64,000 nt of DNA from Lingula anatina (taxonomy: Eukaryota > Animalia > Brachiopoda). Within the stretch, counting starts at the first letter, position 1. Each line of letters opens with the position of its first letter. The notes under the pieces were generated by a model. That model ran no database searches. It was not told the DNA's origin and was given only the letters and a program-made list of their open reading frames with translations. Shown piece after piece: positions 52,472 to 64,000 of the stretch. The position numbers and the translations under genes were made by a program. The stretch is taken from assembly GCA_051362555.1 (NCBI GenBank), contig CM120640.1, positions 20,274,001 through 20,338,000 of the forward strand. The letters run 5' to 3'.

Positions 52472-55400
52472 TCTAAGGCCTTGAAGTAAAAGGAGATTCA
52501 AATGAGCGAGCAACACTATGATAACATATAGCTTGATCTGGCAGAAATTGCTGCAATAATAAAAATACTTCTGAAAATTCATCTGACAGACAAGAAGCTG
52601 TTAATTAACCTCACTTGCCAATCCTACTGCTGACCTACCACTGACATCCAATAAAGGATTTATTTTTAGTACAGAAAAAAACTTACAGGCTTTGTTTGAG
52701 ATTTAAGATCTAAGGCTCATCAGTATACTGATTTCCTACACAAAATTAACAGTTCATGTATGTGATCACAGAGAGTTTTTAATGACCATTAGTATGAAAT
52801 AATTTGCAGCTTGTAGCTGAAATAAAAGTTGTGAAAACCAAGTTGCAACATGTAAAAGAAGGATTTCATCTTCCTGCAAAGTTAGAGTACAAGTATATTC
52901 ACTGACAAAATATTAATGGTGACTCTGTAAATGTTGATGTAAATGTTAAAAAAGAAAGAAAAATTAAAACATTTTAAGGAAAACTAGGGTAGAGGATAAA
53001 GCTTGCATGTTTTACTGTATTACTAAGTACTGGCTCACTTTCTGGGTTGAAAGTGTTACTTAATGCAACATGCTAGATATACAGGGAATGTTTAAGCACT
53101 TTGATTGTCCTAACAATACACCGTGTTTTTAATTTATTGAATTAATTTCTGGATGTCCCTACCCAAAAGGTAATATTTATTTCAAAATGTGAATTTCATG
53201 ATACATGTAAAACAATGTGATGAATATTCTGCTGCTAAAATAGAACACTATGTGTTACATAAACTGATAATCAAATCTCATCTGATGAGAAAGCATTTGA
53301 CTTACCATTGGTTCCTCTGAAATTTCAAGCAATCTGTAACAGTTAACATGTGCCTCAGGTTTCGAAGAAAGCCTTCAATTTCCTTTGAACACAATTTGTA
53401 CAGATGTGTTAACATTCCCTTTCATCTCATATCTTGGCATCAAGTGTTTTCTCATTTTCTTTCATGTGGTCTTCCTTGTGTGTGATTCTGCCAATGAGAG
53501 ACTTCAAGTGATATGGGACTGCATTTCCTTGGTAGTTTTTTCATTTCCTTAGTGAAACTTCTATTTTCTTCTCATTTTCTACCTCTGGTGATAATTCAAG
53601 AATTTCCTCTCTAAAATATGCATTTCATATTGGTTACTGCCTTGGTGGCTAATTCCTTTCAGAATTTTAAATGTATTGACCCATCAGGATATTTGATATG
53701 CGATATATCATAAAACAGCCCCCATGCATTTACACCAATACCAAAATAATCGAAGAGCAGCAAAAAGCAAACAGCTTGCCTAACTGTTTAGATTTGCATA
53801 ATTTTACATATCATAGTATTAATGACGTCTACTTTTGCTGACTAAATGAAATTTACTGCCAGTATTGATAGTCCATTATCTCCCTAGGGGGCACAATTGC
53901 TGCAATTTTCAGAAATCCTCAAACCCTGTGTTCTACCTTCTTTCACTCCTGTAAAACTAATGGAATTCTAGAAGTGCAATAATTATAACGTTTCTCACAG
54001 AAATGTATAACAATTTTGATCACTTTGCTCTCTTATTTTTTCTTAGAAAGTAATTGCTGTAAGATGTGTAAATGCAACACTTAACCGTCACATACTTTTG
54101 ATCAAGAAAGTCTTGCATCAGAACGGTACATTACTGTTTTAACTATTGTTTTAAAAATCTTATTAATTATTTAGTTTTCTTGTTCATGTTCTTGTATATT
54201 TTGAATTCATATGCTTATAGGGCCAGCAAGAGGTTATGGTTGTATTGGATCATAATTAGATACCAAAAGCAGACAATGGGTATATTGTTGGTAGCCACTA
54301 CAAGAAATTCAGAGATACCCTAAGTTTCATAGATTTTATTTGCTGTGCATACAGATGATGAAATTGTTGAGAGACATTTTTTTGTTCATTGAATGAAGCA
54401 CTTGCTTTCCATGCATGTTTGGTGAACCATATTCCTGTGGGCCTATGGCCTCTTGGGATATGGCTAACTGCATGTCGAATTAACCCGTATTGCATAAGCA
54501 AATGTTTGATAATAAGTAGCATATTCATGGTACCATGACTCTCAGGGTATTGAAGCAAAACAGACTTGTTTATGAAATCAACTGAAACTTGCCATGGGGA
54601 AGGACATGCTTCCTGAATTTATTGATTTCATGATATACACAGAGAGGAAGCACTTTCGTAGGTCATTTATTGAGCTGTGGTAATCATACCTATTCTGCTT
54701 TATGGCAAAATGTTAACACTTAATGTGAAGGCACAATTATTACACATTGAATATAAAATTAAAAAAGCAGCATTCCAGTATCACCAGCAATGGCAATATT
54801 ATTTTGTGAAAGGTACTCAATTATTCAAATTCAAAAATCTTAAATAAGTGGATAAATTACAGAGGCTCAGGTTGAGTAGAACCACATTCAAGAGAAAAGG
54901 TTTGGCTTAAACCCAAAATGTTTTTAGTGAAGTGGTAGATATGAGTATGTGCTCTTTCCATGCCAATACACTAGTAAAATTCCCCCAAGATGACAGGGCT
55001 TATCTTAGTCTTCTCACACATTGCCTTTGTAAATTACTTGTATGGTGTGATGCCTGTGTAACTGATGTACTCAACACGGATGACTGTCAGTTTACTAGGG
55101 ACACCATGGTTATCTGTGCTAACTGACAAAATACCTGGAACCCGATAGCACACTTGCAAGGATTTTGTCAAAGACATCAATCATGCATGTATTTTTTTTG
55201 CATGCATGTATTTGTTTTAAAAATGTTGGCTGAAATGTCTTGAAGCAGACCAAGTGTATGTTTTGGAAAAAGCTACCTGTGCCTTACATATAGATTCACT
55301 TATAAATGCTACAATTGAGATTGTGACCCTTGAAAAAACTAATTATTACAGACAGAACTTTAGTAATATGCCAAAATCAAAATATAAGTTCTTTCATCTT

Positions 55401-57547
55401 ATCTGTATCCAAGAACAAAAAATATATCAAAAATATGTAAAGAATCCTTAGTATCTGGTTATAATAAAGAAAAAATTAATAAAATATCCTTTGCACCAAA
55501 AGAAGTGTACAAATGATTTCTTACATAATATCAAACTGATTTTAAAACATTACCAACAGTGAGACCTCATACATTTTATCGTACATACTAGAGCTTCTTT
55601 TATAATTCTTAGAAATATTGATTTGCAGAAGCTTAAACTTGAAACAAGCAGGAAATGGCATCCATACTGTACCAATCCAAAATCACCATTCAATTAGAAA
55701 GTTTTCAAAAGAAAAATGATGTGAATACAAGTTTCAAAGACACTCTAAAGAAAGAGCAGCCACACTCAGTAGAGTATTGATCTAGAGTTATTGCAAAGGC
55801 CTCTGGAGAACTTTGGGGTGGTTTTATGAACAGAAAAACTGCAATGCTTATCACCACACAACTAATATGTCAGCATCCTTTTTTCAAAATTTCTGTTTTC
55901 ATCTTTTTAGAAAATTTGTACTGTATTTGTCATTCATTTTGAGTATCATTTAGTTATGACTGTTTCGTCAATTGTTTATATCTACATTAAGGTAAAAATG
56001 CGATATTTAGGCAAGGGTAGCATTGGCAGCACTAAAAACTTGTTCCAAAAAATTCCTTTTTTATCATCCAAAAATGTGTTAGGTGCAGTAAATACAATGT
56101 CCTAAGAAATACATTTTAACAAAGTAAATTCTGGCTTCGTGTCTGAAAATGTTATACATTTGGTTTGTTACACACACATACACAAACACACGTTAACAAA
56201 TTGCTGAGTTTTAATGCAAAATCTGTTTATTGAAATAAAAACTCTGAATCACAGTTACCATAATACCCATCCTTATCTCCAAGATGCCCCCCTAATAAAA
56301 ATACAACATGTTATGTAACAAAGCAAACCTTCTGTCGATATTGAATGAACAAAAGCCTAATTAGCTGTCAAAACAAAGCAGTATTGACAGCAAGGTTAAA
56401 ATCAATACTATAAATGAATTGGGAAAGCAGATTAGGAAGCCTAACTACATACACTGTAGCAGGGAGAGCATGTTTTCTTAAACCATACAAATGCAGGGAA
56501 GGCTTTTTTGCTCTACAAGTTATCTATGAGTCATCATTTGCTAATGGTGACATTAAGTCATGCTACAGGAACAGGTATATTGTTCCTGAAAAGCATGAAA
56601 AAGACTCACCAAATAAACCATTTGAATACATGTAACAAATAGACCATGCACTTAGCAATGAACAGCATATTTACACCATGGCCAAAACATATAAAGAGGG
56701 TTTCTTATTTTTTTGTTTTTGATGATTGATATGTATACATCTCATTATGTACAATTTTCAAACTACTGAAGGAGCTACTGTTCATAAGTTATACAATAAA
56801 CAAGACACAATTTACGTACAATTTTCAAACTACTACAACCTTTAAACCTACTATCTATTATAAAAAAACAAATGAAATTAACATACAATTATCAAACTTC
56901 ATTAAGGACCTACTGTTCATGAATGAAATAAAAAAGAAAGAAAAAACTGTTGAACATAATTGCATTTGGAAACAACCACAATTCTGTATCAAACTGCAAT
57001 CCTAATGAAATGCACTTCAAACATGCTTAGTGTCAAGCCATGTCCTCATTAAAATGACAGAAATTAATGAATTAGGTAACAATTTGTGAAACCTGTTTAA
57101 GGGGGCTCTTTCATATTTGCATTTTTGTGTGTGTGTGTGTGAAATTAATAAAATGCATCTTTCAGTTACCCTCTCTCAAAAATAAGCTGGATATGGTTCA
57201 TATTCTTCTATAAATGTTTTTAACTTCTACCAAGAACTTTTGCATAACCACACTAGATTGAAATTTGGACCTTTAAGGAACAGTCAAGGTCTTGAAGAAA
57301 TAGATTCAGAGGTTGGAAGGCTGCTAGCTGTTCTTCCAGTTCAGCTAGCATTACTGATGATCATTCAAAGGAACCAGACAGTGACCTTACAGAGTTCCCC
57401 TCCAGTGTGTCCCACCTTTGTGATAGTGTTCACAAAGATAAAAAGAGAATATATATATACTGCTTTCTCTCAAAGATTTCCTTCAGTTTGAACTTTGTTA
57501 ACTTAACATCAACATCAAATCAGAGGTTCTTACCTCTGAAAGCAGCT

Positions 57548-59266
57548 GACCTTGCCAGTGGATATTGGCAAGTAGAACTTGACGAAGAAGCGAAAGAGAA
57601 GTACGTATTCAAAGTCCGTGGTGGTCTATACCAATGGCAGGTTATGCCCTTTGGGCTTTGCAATGCCCCTGCAACATTTGAATGCCTTATGGAGTGAATT
57701 TTATCGGGGTTACACAGGCAGACACTGTTGATTTACTTAGATGACATTATTATATGTGGAAAAACATTTCAGGAAGAACTTGAGCATTTTAGAGAGGTGT
57801 TTAGAAGATGATGTGAAGCAAAATTAAAACTCAAGCCAAAAGAAGTGTCATTTCTTTCAAAAAGAAGTCGGTTATCTGGGCCACATCGTATAAGCAGAGG
57901 GAATACAGACGAATCCCGAGAAAATTCAGGCAGCTAAAGATTGGGCAGTACCCAAAACAGTCACAGATGTAAGAAGTTTCCTAGGGTTATCATCACATTA
58001 CAGGAGATTTATATATACATGGGTTTGCCAAGATAGCAAGGCCACTCCACAAGTTAACCAAGAAGGGTGACCAGTTCAGTTGGACACAAGAAATTGAGGA
58101 GGCTTTTTAAGAGTTGAAAAATAAGCCGATACAGTCTCCGATCCTGGCCTATCCCAGGGCTGAGGGAAGGTTTATTTTAGATATTGACGCAGGTAATTTT
58201 GGAATTGGAGCAGTCCTATCCTAGATCCAGGACGGACAAGAGAGAGTCACTGCTTATGCTAGCAAAGCCTTAGGAAAAGCTGAAAGAAACAACTGATTAA
58301 CAAGGTAAGAATTTCTTGCAGCAGTGCATTTTATGAAACATTTTTCAACAATATCTATGGGCAAGATTTCACCCTTAGAACTGACTATGCTGCGTTGACT
58401 TGGCTTTTGCACGTGAAAGAGGCAGAAGGTCAGTTAGCACATTGGATCCAGGTAGTAGAAGAATACCAACCTAAATTGGAACATCGAGCTGGGAGGAGTT
58501 ACAGGAACGCAGACAGTCTGTCAAGACCCTGTCACCAATGTGGAAGACCAGAGGAGGTGGAAGAACAAGGCAGAATACTGAAGAAAAGAAAGGTGAGGAA
58601 GAACCACTTATACCAAGAACCGGGGTTCGTAAGAACAGTCTCTCTTTGCCCTGAGATTCTGCTGCAGAATATTAAAACAACAAGAAAAGGACCCTGATAT
58701 AGCACAAAGCCTTGTGAGAAAGTGCTGAACCACCAACGTATGGTGTCAACCCGTGGCATTACTTTACTAAGTGGAAGCAGTTGAGACTCAAATCTGAAGT
58801 ACTATGTACTCAAGAACAATCCAATGATGGGAAGATAGAATGAAGCTTAATTATTATTCCGAGAGTATATAGGAACGAAATTCTAAAAGGGTGTCACTTT
58901 GATCCAACAGCATGTCACCTGGGGCAGAAAAGGACCCTTGGGCACATGCAAGAAAGATATTGGTGGTCTGGGGTAACTGCTGATGTGCCTTCTTGGTGCC
59001 GATTCTGTGAGAAGTGTCAGGCTCATCAATCAACAGGCAAAAGATTTAGAGGACCTCTGCAGCAGTCTTTGGTGGGTGCGCCTATGGAGCGCCTAGGTGT
59101 AGATATTCTTGGTCCATTTTCAGAAACACGGGGGGGGGGGGGGGGGGGGGGGGGGGGGATCGTGTTATTCTCGTTGTATGCAACTATTTCACTAAGTGGG
59201 TGGAGGCATTTCCTCAGCCAAACCAGGAAGCAAGCACACTGGCTACGAAATTAGTGGAAGAAGTAA
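57548..59266 (+). mobile_element. Decayed Ty3/Gypsy pol fragment 1 (RT - RNase H - integrase N-terminal part)
   Basis: DLASGYWQV, MPFGLCNAPATF, LIYLDDII, VRSFLGL, ADSLSR, zinc-finger H..H/C..C region, PMERLGVDILGPF; many stops and frameshifts; domain order RT-RH-INT. Confidence 0.93.
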
Positions 59267-59301
59267 TCCCTTCCCTCTCCCATGTCAATACAGGAGGGAA
59301 T

Positions 59302-60181
59302 TGCTATGTTGTATGCTCGTGTCAGGAAATTCTCAGAAAAAGAAGTAATTTACCCAGACGGCAAGAAGGAGATATATGGCTATATAAGAAAACAGGTATT
59401 CTAAGTTATCTAAGTTAAGTTTCTTAAGTGGACATTTGGTTGACTGAATATGAAGACGCTCTCCCAGTGAGGATGTTGCAACACAGAGATATTGGTCCCT
59501 TGGTTTCAGATGCTTTGTTCCTAGCCAAGTTTACTGCAGTTTATGAAGAAAAGTGCACATCTTATCCCTGCGTGAAAGGCCGTACGGGTCTGGGGCGCCA
59601 TTGGTGAAGCGCCTTTGCCATGTTACCAGTCCAGATGTCAGATGTCAGCACATGCAACCTTCCTCCAAATAAAGTTGTCCTTCACCGTGTTACCAGTCCA
59701 GACATCAGATGTCGGCGCATGCTACCTACCTCCAAACGAAGTCGTCCTTCGCAGTGTTACTAGTCCAGACATCAGATGTCATCGCATGCTACCTTCCTCC
59801 AAATGAAGTCGTCCTTCGCCGTGTTACCAGTCCAGACATCAGATGCCGGCGCACGCTACCTTACTTCACCTACGAGTTTGATGTCCATGCATACTAAAAA
59901 CTCCATCTAAGATGTTGTCACATGATACATCATAGCTGGGGTTCTTCGCGTGCGTCAGCACAGTCTCAATTTTATATTGTTAGGACTATAAGTCAAGTGA
60001 TATTCAACACTGACTTGAGAATTTTATGGTCGATTTTTGCATTAATATATATATATTATTTAAAGCACAAATCTGCCTCTTTATTTCTGAAGGACAAGGA
60101 TATACTTTCCCTTCGAAACATATAAGTTCTCACGTCACGCTCGGTTGTCACAGTCCAGCCAGCCGGACCCCTCACGTTACA
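59302..60181 (+). mobile_element. LTR-like segment following Gypsy fragment 1
   Basis: Purine tract aggagggaa (59292-59300) precedes TG; segment ends ...cgttaca; CpG-richer than flanks; contains a minisatellite. No partner LTR in the window. Confidence 0.45.
59617..59862. repeat. Minisatellite, ~3.7 x 67 bp
   Basis: tgttac(c/t)agtccaga at 59621, 59688, 59755, 59822. Confidence 0.92.
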
Positions 60182-60701
60182 AATAGATATGTCAACTCAT
60201 TTTAGTAATGTTATGTAGTTGCTTACTAAATTTTATGTAAATATTGATATATGTTAGACGGGCTTCTCTCAGTTTAGATCACAACTAAGTTATTTTCAGG
60301 TTAAAAAAAGAATGCAAATATTTTGAAAAATAAAAATTCTATTTAAAGCAATGGCTTTTTTTTTTTCACAATAAACATGGGAATTGCCAACCTTTTACAT
60401 GCTGTGCAATTATTTGGCACTGCAAAATTATGAATTTTGAAGGCTTTTTCCATTCTCTACAATTATTTGGATAGTGCAATTGTTAATTTTCAAAGATTTT
60501 TCAGTACAATTATTTAGAACTTCAGAGTAGTAACATCAAGCCATTTTCGGTGTTTTTAATCAATTACATAAAAGTATTGAAATATAATAAATTGTCACTA
60601 AATAATTCACGGCACACATTCACAGCAGGAAAAGGCCCAACAGATTCAGGAAATAATTTGAATATTAATGTTCATTTGTGCAGCTGACTAAAAGGACCAA
60701 T

Positions 60702-60855
60702 TACTATTATTATTATAAAGTTTATTTCCATCATGGCATGTCAGTGTTCACAAATATGGTTCTGAGCATCTTTTTAATTTAAAGTACTATTATTATAAAT
60801 GTTATTTCCATCATGACATGTCTGTGTTCAAAAATGGTTCTGAGCATCTTTTAAA
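60702..60855. repeat. Tandem duplication, 2 x ~80 bp
   Basis: tactattattataaa..ttatttccatcatg.catgtc.gtgttca...ggttctgagcatctttt repeated. Confidence 0.85.
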
Positions 60856-61082
60856 AACACATTCTCATCAAGTAAATTAACCCAAAACATGATATCATAC
60901 TTTTTCTAATCCTAAATCACATAATATCTGTTCATCCAAAAAATGTGTAGGAACTGTCCCCAAATGCACCAGATGTCCCCTTTTTTGGTGTACTTTTCAA
61001 AATTTTCCATACTGTGCACGCCGAATAAGGTATTTCATTTGGCCTCTGTAGCCACCTATAATTTTATCCTAAAAAAAGCCCA

Positions 61083-63385
61083 GGTATTGGCAAGTGGAAC
61101 TCGATAAAGAGGCAAAAGAAGAGTCAGCATTCATAGTTCATGGTGGCCTTTATCAATGGAAGGTTATGCCATTCAGCCTATGCTATTCAGCCTATGGAAA
61201 CAATTTTAGCAGGGTTGCATTGGCAAACTTTACTCATTTATTTAGAAGATGTCATCGTGTATGGGAAGACCTTTGAAGAACTGGGGCGTCTTCGAGAAGT
61301 GTTCAGAAGATTTCAAGAAGCAAATTTATAACTTTTCAAAAGGTCTTTCAAAAGGAAGTTGCCTACATCGGCCATATTGTGTCAGCAGAAAGAATTGGGA
61401 CAAATCCGGACAAAATTCAGGCAGTCAAAGATTGGACAGTATCCAAGACAGTTACGGAAGTGAGAAGTTTCCTTGGGCTAGCCTCATATTACAGAAGGTT
61501 CATTTCAGGATTTGCCAAAGTTGCAAGACCACTACACCAGCTGAAAGAGAAAGGAAAGCAATTCCAGTGAACAGAAGAATGTCAGATGGTGTTTGAAGAT
61601 TTAAAAAGAAATTAATTCAGGCACCAATACTGTCTTACCCAAGGTCTGAGGGTAGATTCATCATATAGACACTGACGCCAGCAACTTAAGAATTAGAGCT
61701 GTGTAATCCCAGCTTCAAGACGGAAAGGAGAAGGTAATTGCTTATGCTAGTAAAGCATTGGAGAAAGCTGAGAGAAGTTATTGTATCACTAGAAAGGAAT
61801 TCTTTGCTGCTGTACATTTTATGAAACATTTTTGTCAGTATTTGTATGGCAGAAACTTCATTATCCGCATCGATCATGCAGCTCTTATATGGTAACTTAG
61901 GATGAAAGATGCTGAAGGACAACTAGCAAGATGGATTCAAGCAGAAGAAGAATATCAACCTGTCCTTGAACATAGGGCTGGTAGGAGCCACAAGAATGCA
62001 GATGCAATGTCCAGACACCCCTGTCATCAATGTGGCCGGTGCGAAGAACCAGACCTACAGGGATCCATACTGAAGAAGAGATAGGTGAAAGCAGAGTGGG
62101 TCCAACCCAAAACAGCATTTGTCCATACTATCAAGATTGACCACACATTTAGCCTAGCAAATATTGAAGAGCTACAAAAGCAAGATCCAGACATACAGCC
62201 TGTGATAGAAGCCATGAAAATTGGTAAAAAGCCTACCTCTGAAGATGTAGTACCCCATTTTCCTGCCACAAGAACTTACCTAGGGTTCTGGGATCAGCTT
62301 CTTTTGAAAGAAAATTTTTTATGTCGACAGAATAAAGAGGAGCAAACCAATAGTGGAAAGACAGTCATTATCATAATATACTCTATGAGACAAACCATCT
62401 TATGCGGAAGTCATTCAGACCCAATGGCGGGTCATTTTGGGAAGAACTGTACACTTGATCATATCAAGCAACATAATTGGTGGGCTGGAATGCAAGATTT
62501 TCGGGCTTGGTGTCCGAGTTGCTCGACTTGTGCTACTACTCAGTTTGAGGGGAAGAAAATGAATGGTGCTCTACAGCAGTCATTAGCAGGCATGCCTACG
62601 GAATGCAAGATGATGTTCGGGCTTGGTGTCTGAGTTGCTCGACTTGTGCTGCTACTCAGTTTGAGGGGAAGAAAATGAATGGTGCTCTACAGCAGTCATT
62701 AGCAGGCATGCCTACAGAGAGAGTTGGTATCGACATTTTGGGACCCTTTCCCAAAACAAAACGTGGAAATCGGGTCATTTTGGTAGTAGCTGATTACTTC
62801 ACCAAGTGGGTGCAGGCTTTTCTTCTTCCTAACCAAGAAGCTGAAACCGTGGCAACAGTGTTAGTAGAACAATTCGCAAGCAGGTTCGGAATTCCTGAAA
62901 GCTTGTATTCCGACCAGGGCCGAAATTTTGTATCGCGAGTGATGAAAGAGATGTTCTCGATTTTAGGTATTACAAAAAACGCGCACTACACCCTTCAACC
63001 CCAAGTCCAATGGTTTGGTTGAATGTTTCAAATGAACATTAACCCAGTGCTTATCAAAGTTGCCCTAACCTCATGCACGACAGCCTGACTGGCACACAAA
63101 GTTACCCTACGTGTTAATGGCATACTGCAGTTCAGTTCACAGCATTACAAGTGAAACACCCAGCACGCTGATTTTGGGGAAAGAGGTCAAACTACCGATT
63201 GATTTAATTTTCGAAGATCTACCAAAAGAGAACGAGGTTATAGATTATGCTTGGAAGCTGCGCAGCAGTCTGAATGAAGCCAGGATTCGTGCATGCAAAA
63301 CTATGAAGTGTAGTCCGACAAAAGGCATGTCATGATCGTCTGATACAAGGGGAACCATATAGGGTTGGCGACCAAGTATGGCAGA
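61083..63385 (+). mobile_element. Decayed Ty3/Gypsy pol fragment 2 (RT - RNase H - integrase)
   Basis: YWQVELD, LIYLEDVI, VRSFLGLASYYRRFI, IDTDAS, NADAMSR, GHFG, VGIDILGPFP, DYFTKW, RFGIPESLYSDQGRNF; stops and frameshifts. Confidence 0.95.
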
Positions 63386-63574
63386 AAGTGAATAACAGAC
63401 AAGGCAGCAAAGCTGTCAAATGTACAGACAAAAAGCAGGAAATAACAAAAAAGGCTACTGTCAATTCTGATGCAAAAGTACATTTTGTTAAACTGCAAAT
63501 TCAACATCAAATTTTAATTATGCTCAACAGGTAAAATACATCTGTGTCTGTACATAAAAACGGCATTTCTTTAA

Positions 63575-63800
63575 AATAATGGCCCGATTATGCTGATTTT
63601 TGAACTCAACCTGCGATTTAGCAGGAATGACCACTCCTGTGAGTTTAATGACAATTGGCCTATCTGTTTTTCTTATATTGTGTTTACAGTGTTGCATATA
63701 TGCTGAAAAGTGAAAAAAAAAGCATAACTACTAAAATAGTGGCCCGATCATGCCGATTTTTGAACTTGACCTGCGTTTTAGTAAGATCAATTACTCTGCA
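63575..63800. repeat. HINE-like tandem monomers (~157 bp period)
   Basis: tggcccgat.atgc.gatttttgaact..acctgcg at ~63580 and ~63740. Confidence 0.6.
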
Positions 63801-64000
63801 TTTTAGTCCTGTATTTCTTTTTTGAAAGTTTGACAATCATAAGTAACATGGTTTTCCCATAATGGTCATCTTGGCAGCAGCACCCAAAATTGTGTTTTCT
63901 TCTATTCTGATGCAATATTACATAATGGTTAACAGCAAAATGACCGTTAATTTTTAATAATAAAATACACGTATCATGGATTTTCAGAAAATGTGACTAG

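Noticed and set aside
53306-53650. Strong minus-strand donor (atg|gtaagt) with purine-rich upstream sequence
   Set aside because: The frame I read is interrupted by stops and no clear acceptor was found; cannot be called an exon.
57548-63385. Active retrotransposon or domesticated pol gene
   Set aside because: Numerous in-frame stops and frameshifts, YLDD changed to YLED in copy 2, no gag or paired LTRs.

Overview
AT-rich, repeat-dense, intron-containing animal DNA; the repeat types suggest a marine invertebrate such as a mollusc (inference only). No prokaryotic genes, rRNA, tRNA or CRISPR were seen. The main feature is a minus-strand multi-exon gene encoding a signal peptide followed by four CUB domains, most similar in architecture to SOL-1 (suppressor of lurcher 1, a glutamate-receptor auxiliary subunit). 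I traced its exons by hand from 24828 to 1463 with GT-AG sites and consistent phases; the gene continues beyond the left edge. The 13-kb intron between CUB2 and CUB3 contains a candidate in-phase terminal exon (15203-15396) and a second signal-peptide exon (7146-7248). The locus may therefore make separate CUB1-2 and CUB3-4 proteins, by gene fission or an internal promoter. The rest is transposon-derived: two Helentron/HINE-like elements (one holding 11 copies of a ~145-bp monomer rich in AGGTCA nuclear-receptor motifs), several MITE families, a decayed LINE, and two decayed Ty3/Gypsy pol fragments with an LTR-like segment at 57.5-63.4 kb. All coordinates were read by eye and no database searches were run.
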